DNA of 63,896 bases, counting the filler. It is 6 parts of 6 records of this genome, joined end to end, with 100 filler letters (N's around TTAATTAATTAA, not from the genome) between each part and the next. Parts side by side here need not be neighbours in the genome. Positions count along the whole stretch, not along the records: positions 28,165 to 51,754 come from DRR378314_185; 5 more parts are not named here. One strand, written 5' to 3'. This document shows positions 31,301-42,480 of this stretch, piece by piece. The notes beneath the pieces are model-generated. The model made no database searches, was not told the DNA's origin, and was given only the letters and a program-made list of their open reading frames with translations. How positions within the stretch are numbered: position 1 is the first letter of the stretch; the number at the start of each line of letters is the position of its first letter. The position numbers and the translations under genes were made by a program.

Positions 31301-31873
31301 CGTCGCGGGATCAAAGCGGCGCGCCCCATCCAGCACATCGCCAAACAGATCCAGCCGCACCGGCCCCTGTTCCCCCGGTGGATAAATGTCAATGATCCCG
31401 CCGCGCACTGCATAATCACCCGGTTCCATTACCGTGGGGCTTTGTACAAACCCCATGCGCACCAGAAATTCGCGCAACGCCTTCTCGTCAATCCGCGCCC
31501 CCACACGCGCCGAAAAGGCCGCATCACGCAGCACCGACCGCGCCGGCACCCGTTGGGTCGCCGCATTCAACGTTGTCAGCACCACAAATTTTCGCGGCAT
31601 TTCATGCACCAGCCCCGCCAGGGTCGCCATGCGCTGCGCCGAAATATCCGCATTTGGCGACACCCGGTCATAAGGCAGGCAATCCCACCCCGGAAAGGTA
31701 ATGACCGGCAAATCGGGCGCGAAAAACGCCAGCGCCGCCTGCATTGCCGCCATCCGCTTGTCATCGCGGGCCACATGCACAACAGCCCCGCTGCGGGCGG
31801 CTTCATCAACAATAGCGCGGGCGTCAAACCCTTCGGGCACGCCAGACAGGGTGATTTTGCTTGGATTGGTCAT
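28391..31873 (-). CDS. mfd: Transcription-repair coupling factor
   Basis: WDCLPYDRVSP, VRGGIIDI, VVHVDHGIGRY, CGDVGFGKTEVA, DEEQHFG, QLYQIRGRVGRS, DIRGAGNLLG. Confidence 0.98.
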   Translation of the reverse strand: MTNPSKITLSGVPEGFDARAIVDEAARSGAVVHVARDDKRMAAMQAALAFFAPDLPVITFPGWDCLPYDRVSPNADISAQRMATLAGLVHEMPRKFVVLTTLNAATQRVPARSVLRDAAFSARVGARIDEKALREFLVRMGFVQSPTVMEPGDYAVRGGIIDIYPPGEQGPVRLDLFGDVLDGARRFDPATQRTTEKLELVELAPVSEVILDEAAITRFRQNYRIEFGAAGTDDPLYEAISAGRKHQGAEHWLAFFHADMETLFDYLPKAAITLDDQLTASRLARWESIQDQYETRKIAMANRSKMDSVYKPAPPEGLYLTDEAWLLATADHRVIQMTTLPQPTGPNVLDAGARIGRDFAPERQQETISLFGALADHLKAKLQEGPVVIASYSEGARERLTGLIEDEGLAEAIPIPSAKRLGKRGLHLAVWALEHGFEAPWEDGKLTVISEQDVLGDRLIRAPRRKKRAANFLTETQSLTPGDLVVHVDHGIGRYLGMEVITAAGAAHECLLLEYAENSKLYLPVENIELLSKYGHEEGLLDKLGGGAWQSKKAKLKERIREMADKLIRIAAERALRRAPVLDPPPGMWDAFSARFPYQETDDQLRAISDVIDDLTSGNPMDRLVCGDVGFGKTEVAMRAAFVAAMSGVQVAVIAPTTLLARQHYKSFAERFRGFPIEVRQLSRFVPAKEAAATRDGMAKGTVDIVIGTHALLAKGIRFQNLGLLVIDEEQHFGVQHKERLKSLRTDIHVLTLTATPIPRTLQLSLTGVRDLSIIGTPPVDRLAIRTYVSEFDAVTLREALLREHYRGGQSFYVVPRISDLPEIEAFLKDQLPELTYVVAHGQMAAGELDDRMNAFYDGKFDILLATTIVESGLDIPTANTMIVHRADMFGLAQLYQIRGRVGRSKTRAYAYLTTKPREKLTPLAEKRLRVLGSLDTLGAGFTLASQDMDIRGAGNLLGEEQSGQMRDVGFEMYQSMLEEAISKIRSGQMEGLSETDEQWAPQINLGVPVLIPETYVPDLDVRLGLYRRLSGLSTKVELEGFAAELIDRFGKLPKEVNTLMLVVRIKAMCKRAGIAKLDGGPKGATIQFHNDKFASPEGLVSFIQDQRGLAKVRDNKIVVKRDWKSDADKIKGAFAIARDLAEHVIAAEKKAKGKTSGKA

Positions 31874-31904
31874 GGGGTCTCAATTGGCGTTTGCGCGCGG
31901 GCTG

Positions 31905-32438
31905 TCAACCGCCCAAAGGACCCAGACTCATATTCTGGTACATCCCCCAGAGGGCGGTCACGAAAATCGACACCATGCCGATGATCTGGGTATAAAGCCG
32001 GTGCCGGTTCATCCGTTTGAACAAGATCTCGCCTGATGAGTTTTCAGCCTCGATGATCCGCGCAGTGGACAGGCTCAGCATACCGACCATGGACAAGGGC
32101 AAGGCCAGCAGAAACACTGCCTGAGCAAACTCATTGTGGTACACAAATCCAAGTAACAACAGCATGGTCAGGAAAAAACAGGCAAAGCCCGCCATCCAAA
32201 GCCCTGACACGCGGCCAATGTACAACAGCCGGTTCACATTGATGCGCACCATATCCTCTAAATCAACCTGCGCATCCTCGCCATAGCGTTTGGCCCGCAG
32301 CACCATGTCATAAGGCACACCCAGCACCCAATGGCTGGCCGTGGACCAGACAACCGCCAGCACAATCCAGAACCACAGGTTCGAGAAAGAGCGCATGTCG
32401 ATGATTTCGAAAAGCGTCTGGTACCAGTCCAACGTCAT
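31905..32438 (-). CDS. Conserved Rhodobacteraceae membrane protein
   Basis: IDMRSFSNLWFWI..WS..SHWVLGVPYDM; about 4 TM helices; usual neighbour of mfd/hemB. Confidence 0.7.
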   Translation of the reverse strand: MTLDWYQTLFEIIDMRSFSNLWFWIVLAVVWSTASHWVLGVPYDMVLRAKRYGEDAQVDLEDMVRINVNRLLYIGRVSGLWMAGFACFFLTMLLLLGFVYHNEFAQAVFLLALPLSMVGMLSLSTARIIEAENSSGEILFKRMNRHRLYTQIIGMVSIFVTALWGMYQNMSLGPLGG

Positions 32439-32552
32439 GCCTCAGCAGGTGAAAGTCAGAGCGTGATACCCAAGGTTGCCCTCAATTCCTACCCTTGAGT
32501 GCATAGATTTTTCGTGGGAAGACAGCGAGGCGCAATTGTGAGGTATTTTTGC

Positions 32553-33551
32553 ATGACTCCCGTCCAAGCCCCCTATCCCGCCACCCGCCTGCGCCGCACC
32601 CGCGCCACCCCGGCTTTGCGCGCTCTGGTGCGGGAAAACGCACTGGAGGTGGGTGATCTGATCTGGCCGGTCTTTGTGCGTGCCGGTGAAGGCATCGAAG
32701 AACCGATCCCCTCAATGCCCGGGGTGATGCGCCGTTCCGTGGACATGGTGGTCGAGGCCGCCGCCGAAGCCCATGCTTTGGGCATCCGCGCGATGTGCAT
32801 TTTTCCTTACACAGGTTTGGAAGAACGTACCGAAGATTGCGCCGGTGCATGGGACCCGCAAAACCATGCCAACCGCGCAATTGCCGCGATCAAATCCCGC
32901 TTTCCCGACATGGCAGTGATGAGCGATGTGGCGCTTGATACCTATAACATCAACGGCCATGACGGCTTTGTCGAGGACGGCATCATCGTAAATGACCGCA
33001 CGGTAGAAGCCCTGGTGAAAATGGCCCTTGCGCAGGCGGATGCCGGTGCGGATATCATCGGCCCTTCGGATATGATGGATGGCCGTATTGCCGCCATCCG
33101 CACCGCCTTGGAAGCTGTTAACCATCAGGATGTGACCATCCTCAGCTATGCGGCAAAATACGCCAGCGCTTTTTACGGGCCGTTTCGCGATGCGGTCGGT
33201 GCCTCGGGCGCCCTGACCGGGGACAAGAAAACCTACCAGATGGATCCCGCCAATTCCGATGAGGCCCTACGTCTGGTCGCCCGCGACCTGTCGGAAGGCG
33301 CGGATATGGTCATGGTCAAACCCGGCCTGCCCTATCTGGATATCTGCCGCCGTGTGAAAGACAGCTTTGGCGCGCCGACCTTCGCCTATCAGGTTTCCGG
33401 TGAATACAGCATGATCAAGGCCGCTGCCCAAAACGGCTGGATCGACGAAGAACGCGTAATGATGGAAAGTCTGATGGCTTTCAAACGCGCAGGATGCGAT
33501 GGTGTGCTGACCTATTTTGCCCCCGCTGCGGCGCGCCTGTTGAACGGCTAA
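32553..33551 (+). CDS. hemB: Porphobilinogen synthase (non-zinc, Asp-type)
   Basis: DVALDTYNINGHDG, SDMMDGR, YAAKYASAFYGPFRDA, MVMVKPG, AYQVSGEY. Confidence 0.96.
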   Translation: MTPVQAPYPATRLRRTRATPALRALVRENALEVGDLIWPVFVRAGEGIEEPIPSMPGVMRRSVDMVVEAAAEAHALGIRAMCIFPYTGLEERTEDCAGAWDPQNHANRAIAAIKSRFPDMAVMSDVALDTYNINGHDGFVEDGIIVNDRTVEALVKMALAQADAGADIIGPSDMMDGRIAAIRTALEAVNHQDVTILSYAAKYASAFYGPFRDAVGASGALTGDKKTYQMDPANSDEALRLVARDLSEGADMVMVKPGLPYLDICRRVKDSFGAPTFAYQVSGEYSMIKAAAQNGWIDEERVMMESLMAFKRAGCDGVLTYFAPAAARLLNG

Positions 33552-33688
33552 CCGGGAAGTCCGCCCGCCCTCCGAACAGCACCAATCCGCCCACGGCACC
33601 AAACCTCATGACAAGCCGCGAAAAACCGCCTATGCTGTGCAGCAAGTCGGAACAAACCGGCATCAGGCAACAATTACAGGCAGACAAG

Positions 33689-34255
33689 ATGAGCAATCCG
33701 ATTTATTCGCGGCGTGCCTTTACCCTTGGCGCATTGGCTGCGGGCGGCGCATTGGCCGCGTGTGGCAATGGCGTGGGCGGGTACGGCTCGCAAACCATTG
33801 ATGCGCGGGTCAGTGCGACACTGAACGAAATGTACCGCAGCTATCCCAACACCGTACAGCTGGCGCAGAAATCCAACGGCATGCTGGTGATGCCGCTGGT
33901 TACCGAGGCCGGTCTTGGTCTGGGCGGGGCCTATGGCCGTGGGGCTTTGCTGATCAATGACACCACAGTCGATTATTATTCCGTCGCCAAAGCCTCCGGC
34001 GGATTGCAGATCGGGGCGCAGCAATACGCCCATGTTCTGTTCTTCATGACAGAAGATGCGCTACTGGGCTTTCGCCGTTCTCCCGGCTGGGCGGCAGGTG
34101 CGGACCTTGAATATGTGATCTCTGATCGTGGCGACTCTGTCGAGGCGGCCACCACAACGGCGCTGGCCCCTGTGCTGGCGGCCGTCTTCGGACGTGCGGG
34201 CCTGCGCGTGGGTGCCACGCTTGAGGGCACAAAATACACCCGCATCATCCCCTAG
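33689..34255 (+). CDS. Tat-exported YSC84/SYLF-related lipoprotein
   Basis: SRRAF twin-arginine, LAAC lipobox; GLGLGGAYGRG, SGGLQIGAQ, LEGTKY. Confidence 0.75.
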   Translation: MSNPIYSRRAFTLGALAAGGALAACGNGVGGYGSQTIDARVSATLNEMYRSYPNTVQLAQKSNGMLVMPLVTEAGLGLGGAYGRGALLINDTTVDYYSVAKASGGLQIGAQQYAHVLFFMTEDALLGFRRSPGWAAGADLEYVISDRGDSVEAATTTALAPVLAAVFGRAGLRVGATLEGTKYTRIIP

Positions 34256-34506
34256 CAACAAACGGCGCGTCCTTCCCCAACGGCTTCAAGGGCGCGCCCC
34301 GCTCCCCCCTCTTTTTGGCTAAATATACTGTCCGCACTCTCGCCAAACGCCGCCGTCAGAGGGACAGGACCAACGCTCCCCCTAGCTAAAAACCTCCGCA
34401 TTCCCCCGCTTTCGCGGATGTACTTTTACATGTTCGCGACATGCGGTATCGACAGAGGATGCAAACCCCCGGTGCCGCGCAGCGCTGGACCCAACCGGAG
34501 CACCCT

Positions 34507-36975
34507 ATGGCCCTGATCTTTCGCTGGCTTATCCGTCTTGCCGCCACGCTTGTGGTGCTCAGCGTGCTGACGATCACTGTGATATACTGGCTCGCCTCGC
34601 GCTCCTTGCCAGATTACACCGATACGGTGCCCGTGCGCGGGCTGACCGCCCCGGTCGAGATCGTGCGCGACAATGCCAATGTGCCGCATATTTTTGGCGA
34701 AACCGACGCGGATGTCTTCTTTGGTCTGGGATTCGCCCATGCACAGGACCGCATGTGGCAGATGACTATTCTGCGCCGTACCGCACAGGGCCGCCTCAGC
34801 GAGGTTTTCGGGGCTTCGACACTGGATATCGACAAGCTGATGCGGCGGCTGGACCTTTATCCGCTTGCCGTAGAATCCGCCGCTGCATTGGATGCAAAAA
34901 CCCTTGCTGCGCTTGAAGCCTATGCCGCTGGCGTCAATGCCCGCCTGAACCAGATCAACACCGAAGCTCTGGGACGTGGGGCTCCGGAAATGCTGTTGTT
35001 CAATGCACCAATGGCCCCTTGGCGCCCGGCCGATTCCGTGGCTATCACCAAATTGATGGGGGTGCAGCTGTCCGGCCATCTACAGGGTGAAGTGATCCGC
35101 GCCCGCACGTCTCTGGCCCTGCCAGATGAGGACCGGGTACGTGACATCCTGCCTGATTTCCCCGGTACCGGTGTTGCCGCCCTGCCGGAATATGCCAGCC
35201 TTGCCCCCGGTGTGCGCCGCCATGCGGCAAATATCCCGGTCAACCCACACCCGCTTTCGCCGTTCAAGGACATGGCCTTTGCCGGTGCTTCCAACGCCTG
35301 GGCGGCAGCCCCCTCGCGTTCTGCTTCTGGCGGGACATTGCTGGCCAATGATCCACATCTGGGGTTTACCGCCCCATCGATCTGGTATCTGGCGCGGCTT
35401 GATCTGCAATCGGGCGGCGTGATCGGGGGCACCATCCCCGGCATGCCGGTGGTTCTGACCGGGCGCAGCGATGCTTTGGGCTGGGGGCTGACCTCGGCCT
35501 ATCTGGATGATCAGGATGTCTATATCGAAGAGGTGAACCCAGACAACCGCGAAGAATATCGCACACCGGATGGGTTTAAGGCGTTTAGCAAACGCGCCTC
35601 AATCATCACGGTCAAGGACGCGGATCCGGTGACCCTGACCCTGCGCTGGACCGATAACGGGCCGGTACTGCCCGGGTCACATTATAACCTTGCCAGTATC
35701 ACACCGCCGGGCCATGTGACCTCGCTCAACTGGACCGTGCTGACGCCGCGCGACACCTCTCTGGCTGCGGCCATGGCCCTGATGGAAGCGAAATCTGTTG
35801 AGGAAGGCATCAAGGCCGCCCAACCCTATATCGCCCCGGCACAGAACCTGACATTGGTCGACCGCGAGAATATCGCGATGAAGATGATCGGTGCCATGCC
35901 CCGGCGTGATGCCGGGCACCAAAGCCAAGGGCGTATGCCCGCACCGGGCTGGATCGCCGCGAACCGCTGGCAGGGCACCCTGCCCTATGCCGCAAATCCC
36001 GAATTCGTCGCCCCCGTTGGCGGTATTCTGGGCAATACCAATAATAAAACCGTGGACCGCCCCTTTCCCAATCATGTGTCGTTTCTCTGGGGGGACACCC
36101 AGCGGGTGCAACGCTGGCAACGGTTGATGCAAACGCGGCAGGTACATACCCGCGACAGCTTCATCGAGGCGCAGCTGGACACGGTCAGCTTCACCGCCCG
36201 TTCGCTGCTGCCGCTGATCGGTGCCGAACTCTGGTTCACCGGCGAGGCCGCACCTGACGGAAGCGCCGAACGTCAACGTCAACGCGCATTGATCCTGTTG
36301 GCCGGCTGGTCAGGCGAGATGAACGAACATCTGCCCGAACCGCTGATCTATGCCGCCTGGCTGCGCAGCCTTCAGGCCCGGCTTATTCAGGATGAACTGG
36401 GCCCGCTGGCGGCTGAGTTTGACCATGTGCAACCGCTGTTCATCGAACGGGCCTTTCGGAATGTAAACGGGGCCAGCGTCTGGTGTGACGTGCTGCAATC
36501 CGCACGTGTCGAGGACTGTGCCGAAATGGCGCGGCTGGCTCTGGATGACGCCCTGTTGTGGATCAATGAAACATGGGGGCCGCAGCTGGAAAGCCTGCGT
36601 TGGGGCGATGCCCATCAGGCAACCCATGACCACCCGGTGCTTGGGACTGTGCCGGTGCTGCGCTATTTCGTGAACATTCGCCAGTCGACGTCCGGCGGGG
36701 ACAACACCTTGCAACGCGGGCGGACCAAGGGTGAAGACCCCGACCCATTCAGCAATGTGCATGGTGCCGGCTACCGTGGCGTGTATGATTTTGCCGACCC
36801 GGATTCCTCGGTCTTTGTCAGCTCCACCGGTCAATCCGGCCATTTCCTGTCACGCCATTACGACGATCTGGCGCAGCTGTGGCGGCGTGGAGAATATATC
36901 CCGATGTCGCTTGATGCCGATCTGGCCCGCGCCGCCTCCGTCGGAGTGACAACTCTCACTCCGGTTGCCCCATGA
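34507..36975 (+). CDS. Penicillin acylase-family (Ntn hydrolase) amidase
   Basis: [24 protein letters not shown] nucleophile, [17 protein letters not shown]. Confidence 0.92.
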   Translation: MALIFRWLIRLAATLVVLSVLTITVIYWLASRSLPDYTDTVPVRGLTAPVEIVRDNANVPHIFGETDADVFFGLGFAHAQDRMWQMTILRRTAQGRLSEVFGASTLDIDKLMRRLDLYPLAVESAAALDAKTLAALEAYAAGVNARLNQINTEALGRGAPEMLLFNAPMAPWRPADSVAITKLMGVQLSGHLQGEVIRARTSLALPDEDRVRDILPDFPGTGVAALPEYASLAPGVRRHAANIPVNPHPLSPFKDMAFAGASNAWAAAPSRSASGGTLLANDPHLGFTAPSIWYLARLDLQSGGVIGGTIPGMPVVLTGRSDALGWGLTSAYLDDQDVYIEEVNPDNREEYRTPDGFKAFSKRASIITVKDADPVTLTLRWTDNGPVLPGSHYNLASITPPGHVTSLNWTVLTPRDTSLAAAMALMEAKSVEEGIKAAQPYIAPAQNLTLVDRENIAMKMIGAMPRRDAGHQSQGRMPAPGWIAANRWQGTLPYAANPEFVAPVGGILGNTNNKTVDRPFPNHVSFLWGDTQRVQRWQRLMQTRQVHTRDSFIEAQLDTVSFTARSLLPLIGAELWFTGEAAPDGSAERQRQRALILLAGWSGEMNEHLPEPLIYAAWLRSLQARLIQDELGPLAAEFDHVQPLFIERAFRNVNGASVWCDVLQSARVEDCAEMARLALDDALLWINETWGPQLESLRWGDAHQATHDHPVLGTVPVLRYFVNIRQSTSGGDNTLQRGRTKGEDPDPFSNVHGAGYRGVYDFADPDSSVFVSSTGQSGHFLSRHYDDLAQLWRRGEYIPMSLDADLARAASVGVTTLTPVAP

Positions 36976-37535
36976 ACCGCGTTATCCTGTTCAACAAACC
37001 TTTTGGCGTATTGTCTCAATTCACCGACAAGGGCACCCAAGGGTCCAACCGCCCGACCCTCTCTGCCTATATCGACCAGCCTGCATTCTATCCCGCTGGC
37101 CGGCTGGACCGCGACAGTGAAGGCTTGATGGTGCTGACCGACAACGGCGCGCTACAGGCCCGGATCGCCCATCCGAAATACAAACGCCCAAAAACCTATC
37201 ACGTGCAGGTCGAGGGCACTGCGGATGCCAAAGCGCTGGATGCCCTGCGCAAAGGCGTGATGTTGAAAGATGGCAAAACCGCCCCGGCCGAGATCACCCA
37301 GATTGATACTCCGGAAGGTCTGTGGGAGCGTGACCCACCCGTGCGGTTTCGCAAAACCGTGCCGGATGTCTGGCTGCGCATCACCATCCGCGAGGGCCGC
37401 AATCGACAGGTGCGCCGGATGACAGCGCATGTGGGTCTGCCCACCTTGCGGCTGATCCGCGTTAAGATCGGCGATTGGGCACTGAATGACCTGCGCCCCG
37501 GTGCCTGGCGCTGGGCCTCGGAAAACGGCGCATAA
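36972..37535 (+). CDS. rluE: 23S rRNA pseudouridine synthase E
   Basis: [43 protein letters not shown]. Confidence 0.9.
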   Translation: MNRVILFNKPFGVLSQFTDKGTQGSNRPTLSAYIDQPAFYPAGRLDRDSEGLMVLTDNGALQARIAHPKYKRPKTYHVQVEGTADAKALDALRKGVMLKDGKTAPAEITQIDTPEGLWERDPPVRFRKTVPDVWLRITIREGRNRQVRRMTAHVGLPTLRLIRVKIGDWALNDLRPGAWRWASENGA

Positions 37536-37614
37536 GACGCCCTTCTCCCGCCTGCCGTGGCAGCACAGCAATCTATGTCTGGACACCGCGCCGTTTCTGC
37601 ATCCGCACAGGAAA

Positions 37615-39381
37615 CTAGGGTGACTGAAGCATGGCGACCATCTGATCGCGCATAACGAATTTCTGTGGCTTTCCCGTAATGGTCATTGGGATTTCATCCA
37701 CGATCCTGACATGTTTCGGGATCTTGTAATGTGCGATTTGCCCCTGACAGAACTGTCGAACAGCATCCTCTGGCAGATCCGCGTTTTTCCGTGCAACAAC
37801 CCAAGCACAGACTTCTTCCCCAAGTTTCTCATGAGGAATACCAAAAACCTGAACCTCTGCGATTTCGGGGTGGCGGAACAGGAATTCTTCAATCTCTCTT
37901 GGGTAGATATTTTCACCGCCGCGAATGATCATGTCCTTCACCCGTCCAACAATTGTGCAAAACCCATCGTGGTCAAATGTGGCCAGATCTCCGGTGTGCA
38001 TCCAACCGTCGATGATCGCCTCTTCGCTGCGTGTATCGTCGTCCCAATACCCCTTCATGACGGAATAACCACGCGTACAAAGTTCCCCTTGCCCACCAAC
38101 CGGCACAATCTGACCCTCGGCATCGATGATCTTGACCTCAAGATGGGGATGGACACGCCCAACCGTCGCACAGCGCTTGTCCGTGGGATCATCGACAAAA
38201 CTCTGGAATGAAACCGGCGAGGTTTCGGTCATGCCATAACAGATGGTCACATCCTTCATGTTCATCCGAGAATTCACGCGTTCCATCACGTCAATCGGGC
38301 ATGGGGCACCGGCCATGATGCCCGTGCGCAGGGATGACAGGTCAACGGGGTTTTGCTCAAGTTCTTGCAGCATGGCAACAAACATTGTCGGCACACCGTA
38401 GACCGCTGTGCAGCGTTCTTTTGACAGTGTTTTTAATGTCCCGGCGGGCTCAAAGGCTTCACCGGGAAAGACCATTGCCGCCCCTTTGCTAACGGCACCA
38501 AGCGTGCCCATCACCATCCCGAAGCAATGATATAAAGGGACAGGAATGCACAAACGGTCTGCTTCGGTCAATTTGATCCGCCCGGTGACGAAACCTGCGT
38601 TGTTGACGATGTTGTAATGGGACAGCGTTGCCCCCTTTGGCACCCCGGTTGTTCCTGACGTGAACTGGATGTTAATCGCATCATCCGGGCTAAGCGTGCT
38701 TTCGATCACCGACAGGCGCAGTTGTTGCGCAGGCCCGCCGAGGTTTTTCACATCCTCAAACCTGAAAGTACCTGGGGTTTCTTCCGGCCCCATGACAATG
38801 ACATTTTTTAATGTGGGCAGCTTTGTTGCATTCAGCCGCCCCGGTTCCGTATTTTCCAACTCTGGTGCCAGTTGCTGCACCATTTTCAGATACTCGGAGG
38901 ATTTGAACCGCCGCGCCAAGACAAGCGCTTTGCAGCCGACCTTGTTCAACGCATATTCGACCTCCGACAGACGGTAGGCAGGATTGATATTGACCAAGAT
39001 CAACCCGATGCGCGCAGTTGCAAACTGCGTCAAAACCCATTCGTAGCGGTTGGGTGACCAGATCCCGATGCGATCGCCCTTTTCCATCCCCAAGGCCAGA
39101 AAGCCAGAAGCCAAGGCATCAACATCTCGGTCGAAATCATAATAGCTCAACCGCTCGCCGGTCTCTTGAAAAAACAATGCCTCGCGGGGGCCAAACCGGG
39201 ATACTGTTTCGCGCAGCAATGCCGGGATGGTAATATATCTTAACTCCTGTTCAGTAGAGCCTTTCACATATGATTGCCCATCAGCCGGTGCCAAGGCAGA
39301 GGCAGTGGCACTATCAGCTTTGCCTTGAGAGCGTGCAGCAGCGCCGAGCTTATGCGCCAGACTTTCGTTCAGAATTGACAT
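37615..39381 (-). CDS. Acyl-CoA synthetase (ACSF2/YngI-like AMP-binding protein)
   Basis: [62 protein letters not shown]. Confidence 0.92.
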   Translation of the reverse strand: MSILNESLAHKLGAAARSQGKADSATASALAPADGQSYVKGSTEQELRYITIPALLRETVSRFGPREALFFQETGERLSYYDFDRDVDALASGFLALGMEKGDRIGIWSPNRYEWVLTQFATARIGLILVNINPAYRLSEVEYALNKVGCKALVLARRFKSSEYLKMVQQLAPELENTEPGRLNATKLPTLKNVIVMGPEETPGTFRFEDVKNLGGPAQQLRLSVIESTLSPDDAINIQFTSGTTGVPKGATLSHYNIVNNAGFVTGRIKLTEADRLCIPVPLYHCFGMVMGTLGAVSKGAAMVFPGEAFEPAGTLKTLSKERCTAVYGVPTMFVAMLQELEQNPVDLSSLRTGIMAGAPCPIDVMERVNSRMNMKDVTICYGMTETSPVSFQSFVDDPTDKRCATVGRVHPHLEVKIIDAEGQIVPVGGQGELCTRGYSVMKGYWDDDTRSEEAIIDGWMHTGDLATFDHDGFCTIVGRVKDMIIRGGENIYPREIEEFLFRHPEIAEVQVFGIPHEKLGEEVCAWVVARKNADLPEDAVRQFCQGQIAHYKIPKHVRIVDEIPMTITGKPQKFVMRDQMVAMLQSP

Positions 39382-39391
39382 GATGCGCTCC

Positions 39392-41764
39392 TCACATTGT
39401 CCGCCAGTCGTCGCTTTGTTCAAACGCATGCGCCGCCTGATAGATTTTCATCTCGCCGTAGTTCGGTCCAACCAGCATCATGCCAATCGGCAGCCCCTCC
39501 AGAAGGCCGCAAGGCACGCTCATCGCGGGCAGCCCACCGTTAAACGGGGCGGTATTTGCGATCATCTCGAATGCGCGCTGAACGTAAAGCGAAATAGAAC
39601 AATCTGCTGGCGGGATTTGTTGCGGCTTCATCGGAACGGTCGGCATCAGCAAGAGGTCATATTGCTTCAACGCCGCGGCGTATTTTTCATTCACCTTGCG
39701 CATCAGGTTTTGCGCCTTGCCGTAAAACCTGCCGCGATACCGCTCTTGGAAATATTCCCCCAAGAACATGCAAGTCTTCAAAGAATGGCTCAGTTCATCC
39801 GGGCGGCTGCGCCACTGCGCCATGTGATCCATCATAGACGGCACAAAGAGGCCGCGATAATTCGTACCGGCCGAATTGCCGTGCATCATGTGATCCTGCA
39901 AGCCTTCAACCGTGATCGCCGTCCAGCAATCCACGGCCAGCCCATGTTCCGGGACAGAGACCTCATCAACGCGCGCGCCCAGTTCGCGAAACCGCTCTGC
40001 TGCTGCACGCACTTTCTGATCAACATCGGATTCAGCGGATGGTCCACCAAACCCTTCCTTAAGGATGCCAATGCGCATGCCATGCGCGCCTTTGCCAAGA
40101 GCTTCGGTATACCGATAGGTCCGCGGTTTGTATTGACGCGGATCAAGACCGTCCTCACCTGCGAGAATTTCCAGCAACATCGCATTATCCGCGACCGTCT
40201 TGGTGACCGGCCCCACGTGGTCGATTGTTTGCTCGATGGGCATCACACCCGAATAAGGCACCAGCCCATGTGTGGCTTTCATACCGTAAACACCACAGTT
40301 GGACGCCGGGATGCGGATCGACCCGCCCTGATCCCCGGCAATGGCCATATCAACCTCGCCCGCTGCGACAAGCGCCGCTGAGCCGCCAGAAGATCCCCCC
40401 GCCATATAGCCGCGTTTCCATGGGTTGTGGATTGGTCCCTTGGCATTGGTATGAGAGCCACCGGACAGACAAAAATTCTCGCAATGGGCCTTGCCCGCGA
40501 TTGTGGCACCCGCGTCCAGCATGCGCGTGACAATGGTGGCGTCAATCTCCGGGGTATAGCCTTCCATGATTGAAGAGCCGTTCATCATTGGAACACCGGC
40601 AAGGCAGATCGTGTCCTTCAGTGCAATACGCTTGCCCCGAAGCGGTCCATCCATCGCGCCTTTCACCTCGGTCTTAACATACCAGGCATTCAAGGCATTG
40701 TCAGAGGCATCGGGGAAATGACCGGGCGCACGGGGATATCGCACTTCAGGAAGGTTGTCAGGCAGCGCATCCAGACGATCATATGCCTGTATGTAAGGTT
40801 CAATGATCTCGCAATATTCTGAAAGCTCAGCGTCTGTCAGGCTCATTCCGAACCGCTCTGCCATGGTCCGCATCTGACTTAAGGTCGGGCGTTTGATTGT
40901 CATATTGGTCACCGCAGGTTGCGATGCATCAGACAAAAGGTCTGAAGGCATCCGTGTTGGGTTGGAAAGTGCCGATGTCGGCGCATCTGTATTGGTTGAG
41001 GAGGAAGGTACCGCACTGCCCCGTGTTGAACGCGCAGCACCGAAGCCGAGGAACTGATCGACCTTCGCCTGATCAGAAAGATCGGCTTTAGAAAGCGCGC
41101 CGGTGATACGGCCCCGCTCAAGCACCAGCACACGATCAGAAAGGTCCGAGATGAAATCAAAATTCTGCTCGACCAAGAGGATCGATAGCCCCCGCTCATG
41201 GCGCAGTTTCAAAAGCGTCTCGGACATCTCTTCAATGATCGAAGGCTGAATGCCTTCAGTGGGTTCATCCAGCAAGAGAAACTCTGGATCGCCCATCAAA
41301 CACCGCGCCAGCGCCAGCAATTGTTGTTCCCCGCCGGAAAGCGCTCCGCCTTCGCGGTCCAGCAAACGCACCAGTCGTGGGAAATCCTCTAGGACGGCAT
41401 CGATCACGTCATCTTCACTGCCCCCCGAATAGTCGTGCCACGCAAATCGCAGATTGTCGCGAACAGACAGCTGCGGAAAAATACCGCGTCCCTGAGGAAC
41501 ATAACCGATCCCAAGCCCTGCACGTTCATTCGGTGCCATGCGGGTAATCTCTGTCCCATGAAACCGGATCGTTCCAGAGGTCGCGGGCAAAAACCCCATC
41601 GCAGTCTTCAAAAGCGTGGATTTCCCCATGCCGTTATGGCCAAGAATGCCAACGACTTCATTTTCGCCGATCTGGAAATCAATGCCGTGCAATACAGGCA
41701 CTTTGCCATATCCGCCTGACAGGCTTTTGACTTCGAAAAGGGCGGCGCGGTCTTCTTGTTTCAT
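39392..41764 (-). CDS. Fusion: UrtE/LivF-like ABC ATPase + amidase-signature amidase
   Basis: aa ~1-243: [34 protein letters not shown]; ~45-aa S/T/P linker; from MTIKRPT (40903): [21 protein letters not shown]. One 790-aa ORF with no stop. Confidence 0.88.
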   Translation of the reverse strand: MKQEDRAALFEVKSLSGGYGKVPVLHGIDFQIGENEVVGILGHNGMGKSTLLKTAMGFLPATSGTIRFHGTEITRMAPNERAGLGIGYVPQGRGIFPQLSVRDNLRFAWHDYSGGSEDDVIDAVLEDFPRLVRLLDREGGALSGGEQQLLALARCLMGDPEFLLLDEPTEGIQPSIIEEMSETLLKLRHERGLSILLVEQNFDFISDLSDRVLVLERGRITGALSKADLSDQAKVDQFLGFGAARSTRGSAVPSSSTNTDAPTSALSNPTRMPSDLLSDASQPAVTNMTIKRPTLSQMRTMAERFGMSLTDAELSEYCEIIEPYIQAYDRLDALPDNLPEVRYPRAPGHFPDASDNALNAWYVKTEVKGAMDGPLRGKRIALKDTICLAGVPMMNGSSIMEGYTPEIDATIVTRMLDAGATIAGKAHCENFCLSGGSHTNAKGPIHNPWKRGYMAGGSSGGSAALVAAGEVDMAIAGDQGGSIRIPASNCGVYGMKATHGLVPYSGVMPIEQTIDHVGPVTKTVADNAMLLEILAGEDGLDPRQYKPRTYRYTEALGKGAHGMRIGILKEGFGGPSAESDVDQKVRAAAERFRELGARVDEVSVPEHGLAVDCWTAITVEGLQDHMMHGNSAGTNYRGLFVPSMMDHMAQWRSRPDELSHSLKTCMFLGEYFQERYRGRFYGKAQNLMRKVNEKYAAALKQYDLLLMPTVPMKPQQIPPADCSISLYVQRAFEMIANTAPFNGGLPAMSVPCGLLEGLPIGMMLVGPNYGEMKIYQAAHAFEQSDDWRTM

Positions 41765-42480
41765 CAGGCGTTCTTTCCAAGATAGACATTGCGGACCACC
41801 GGATCAGACATGACCTTGTCGACATGGTCCTCCATCAACAAAGCGCCCTGATGAAACACCGTGACCGTTGAGGCGATGGAGCGGATAAATTGCATGTCAT
41901 GTTCAACGATGACGACGGCGGCAGTGCGGGTCAGCTCGTGGATGATTTCGCTCATGCGTTCGACATCTTCGGCGCTCATGCCTGCGGCGGGTTCGTCAAG
42001 AAGAACAAGCCAGGGGTCAGCAACCGCCACCAAGCCAAGCTCTACCCGCTGGCGTTCCCCATGCGCCAGACGGCCCAGATCGGCCTTGGCAATCGGTCCC
42101 AGGCGCAAACGATCGATAATGTCACTGGTTTTTGTATTTGCCTCACGTGTCGGCATGAAACGCCGTGCGGCCATCCAGATGTTTTCAAACACCGACAGCG
42201 CATCCATCACATTTGGCACCTGCGTTTTGATGCCGACGCCCAATACGGCAATCTCATGCGGGTGCCAACCTGTGGTGTCCTGCCCCCGCATAAAAACCTT
42301 ACCTTCGGTTGGTGTATGAAGCCCGGTAACGCATTTGAAAAAGGTCGATTTGCCCGCCCCATTAGGCCCAATCAGACAGCGCAGCTCGCGCGCTTTTAGT
42401 CTGAAATCAACGTTGTCGGATGCAACCACGCCGCCAAAGCGTTTGGTTAGCCCTTCGGTTTCGAGAACAATCTCAGCCAT
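41764..42480 (-). CDS. UrtD/LivG-like ABC ATP-binding protein
   Basis: [49 protein letters not shown]. Confidence 0.9.
   Translation of the reverse strand: MAEIVLETEGLTKRFGGVVASDNVDFRLKARELRCLIGPNGAGKSTFFKCVTGLHTPTEGKVFMRGQDTTGWHPHEIAVLGVGIKTQVPNVMDALSVFENIWMAARRFMPTREANTKTSDIIDRLRLGPIAKADLGRLAHGERQRVELGLVAVADPWLVLLDEPAAGMSAEDVERMSEIIHELTRTAAVVIVEHDMQFIRSIASTVTVFHQGALLMEDHVDKVMSDPVVRNVYLGKNA

Noticed and set aside
32553-33551. HemB lacking zinc-binding cysteines
   Set aside because: Known Asp-type variant typical of alphaproteobacteria.
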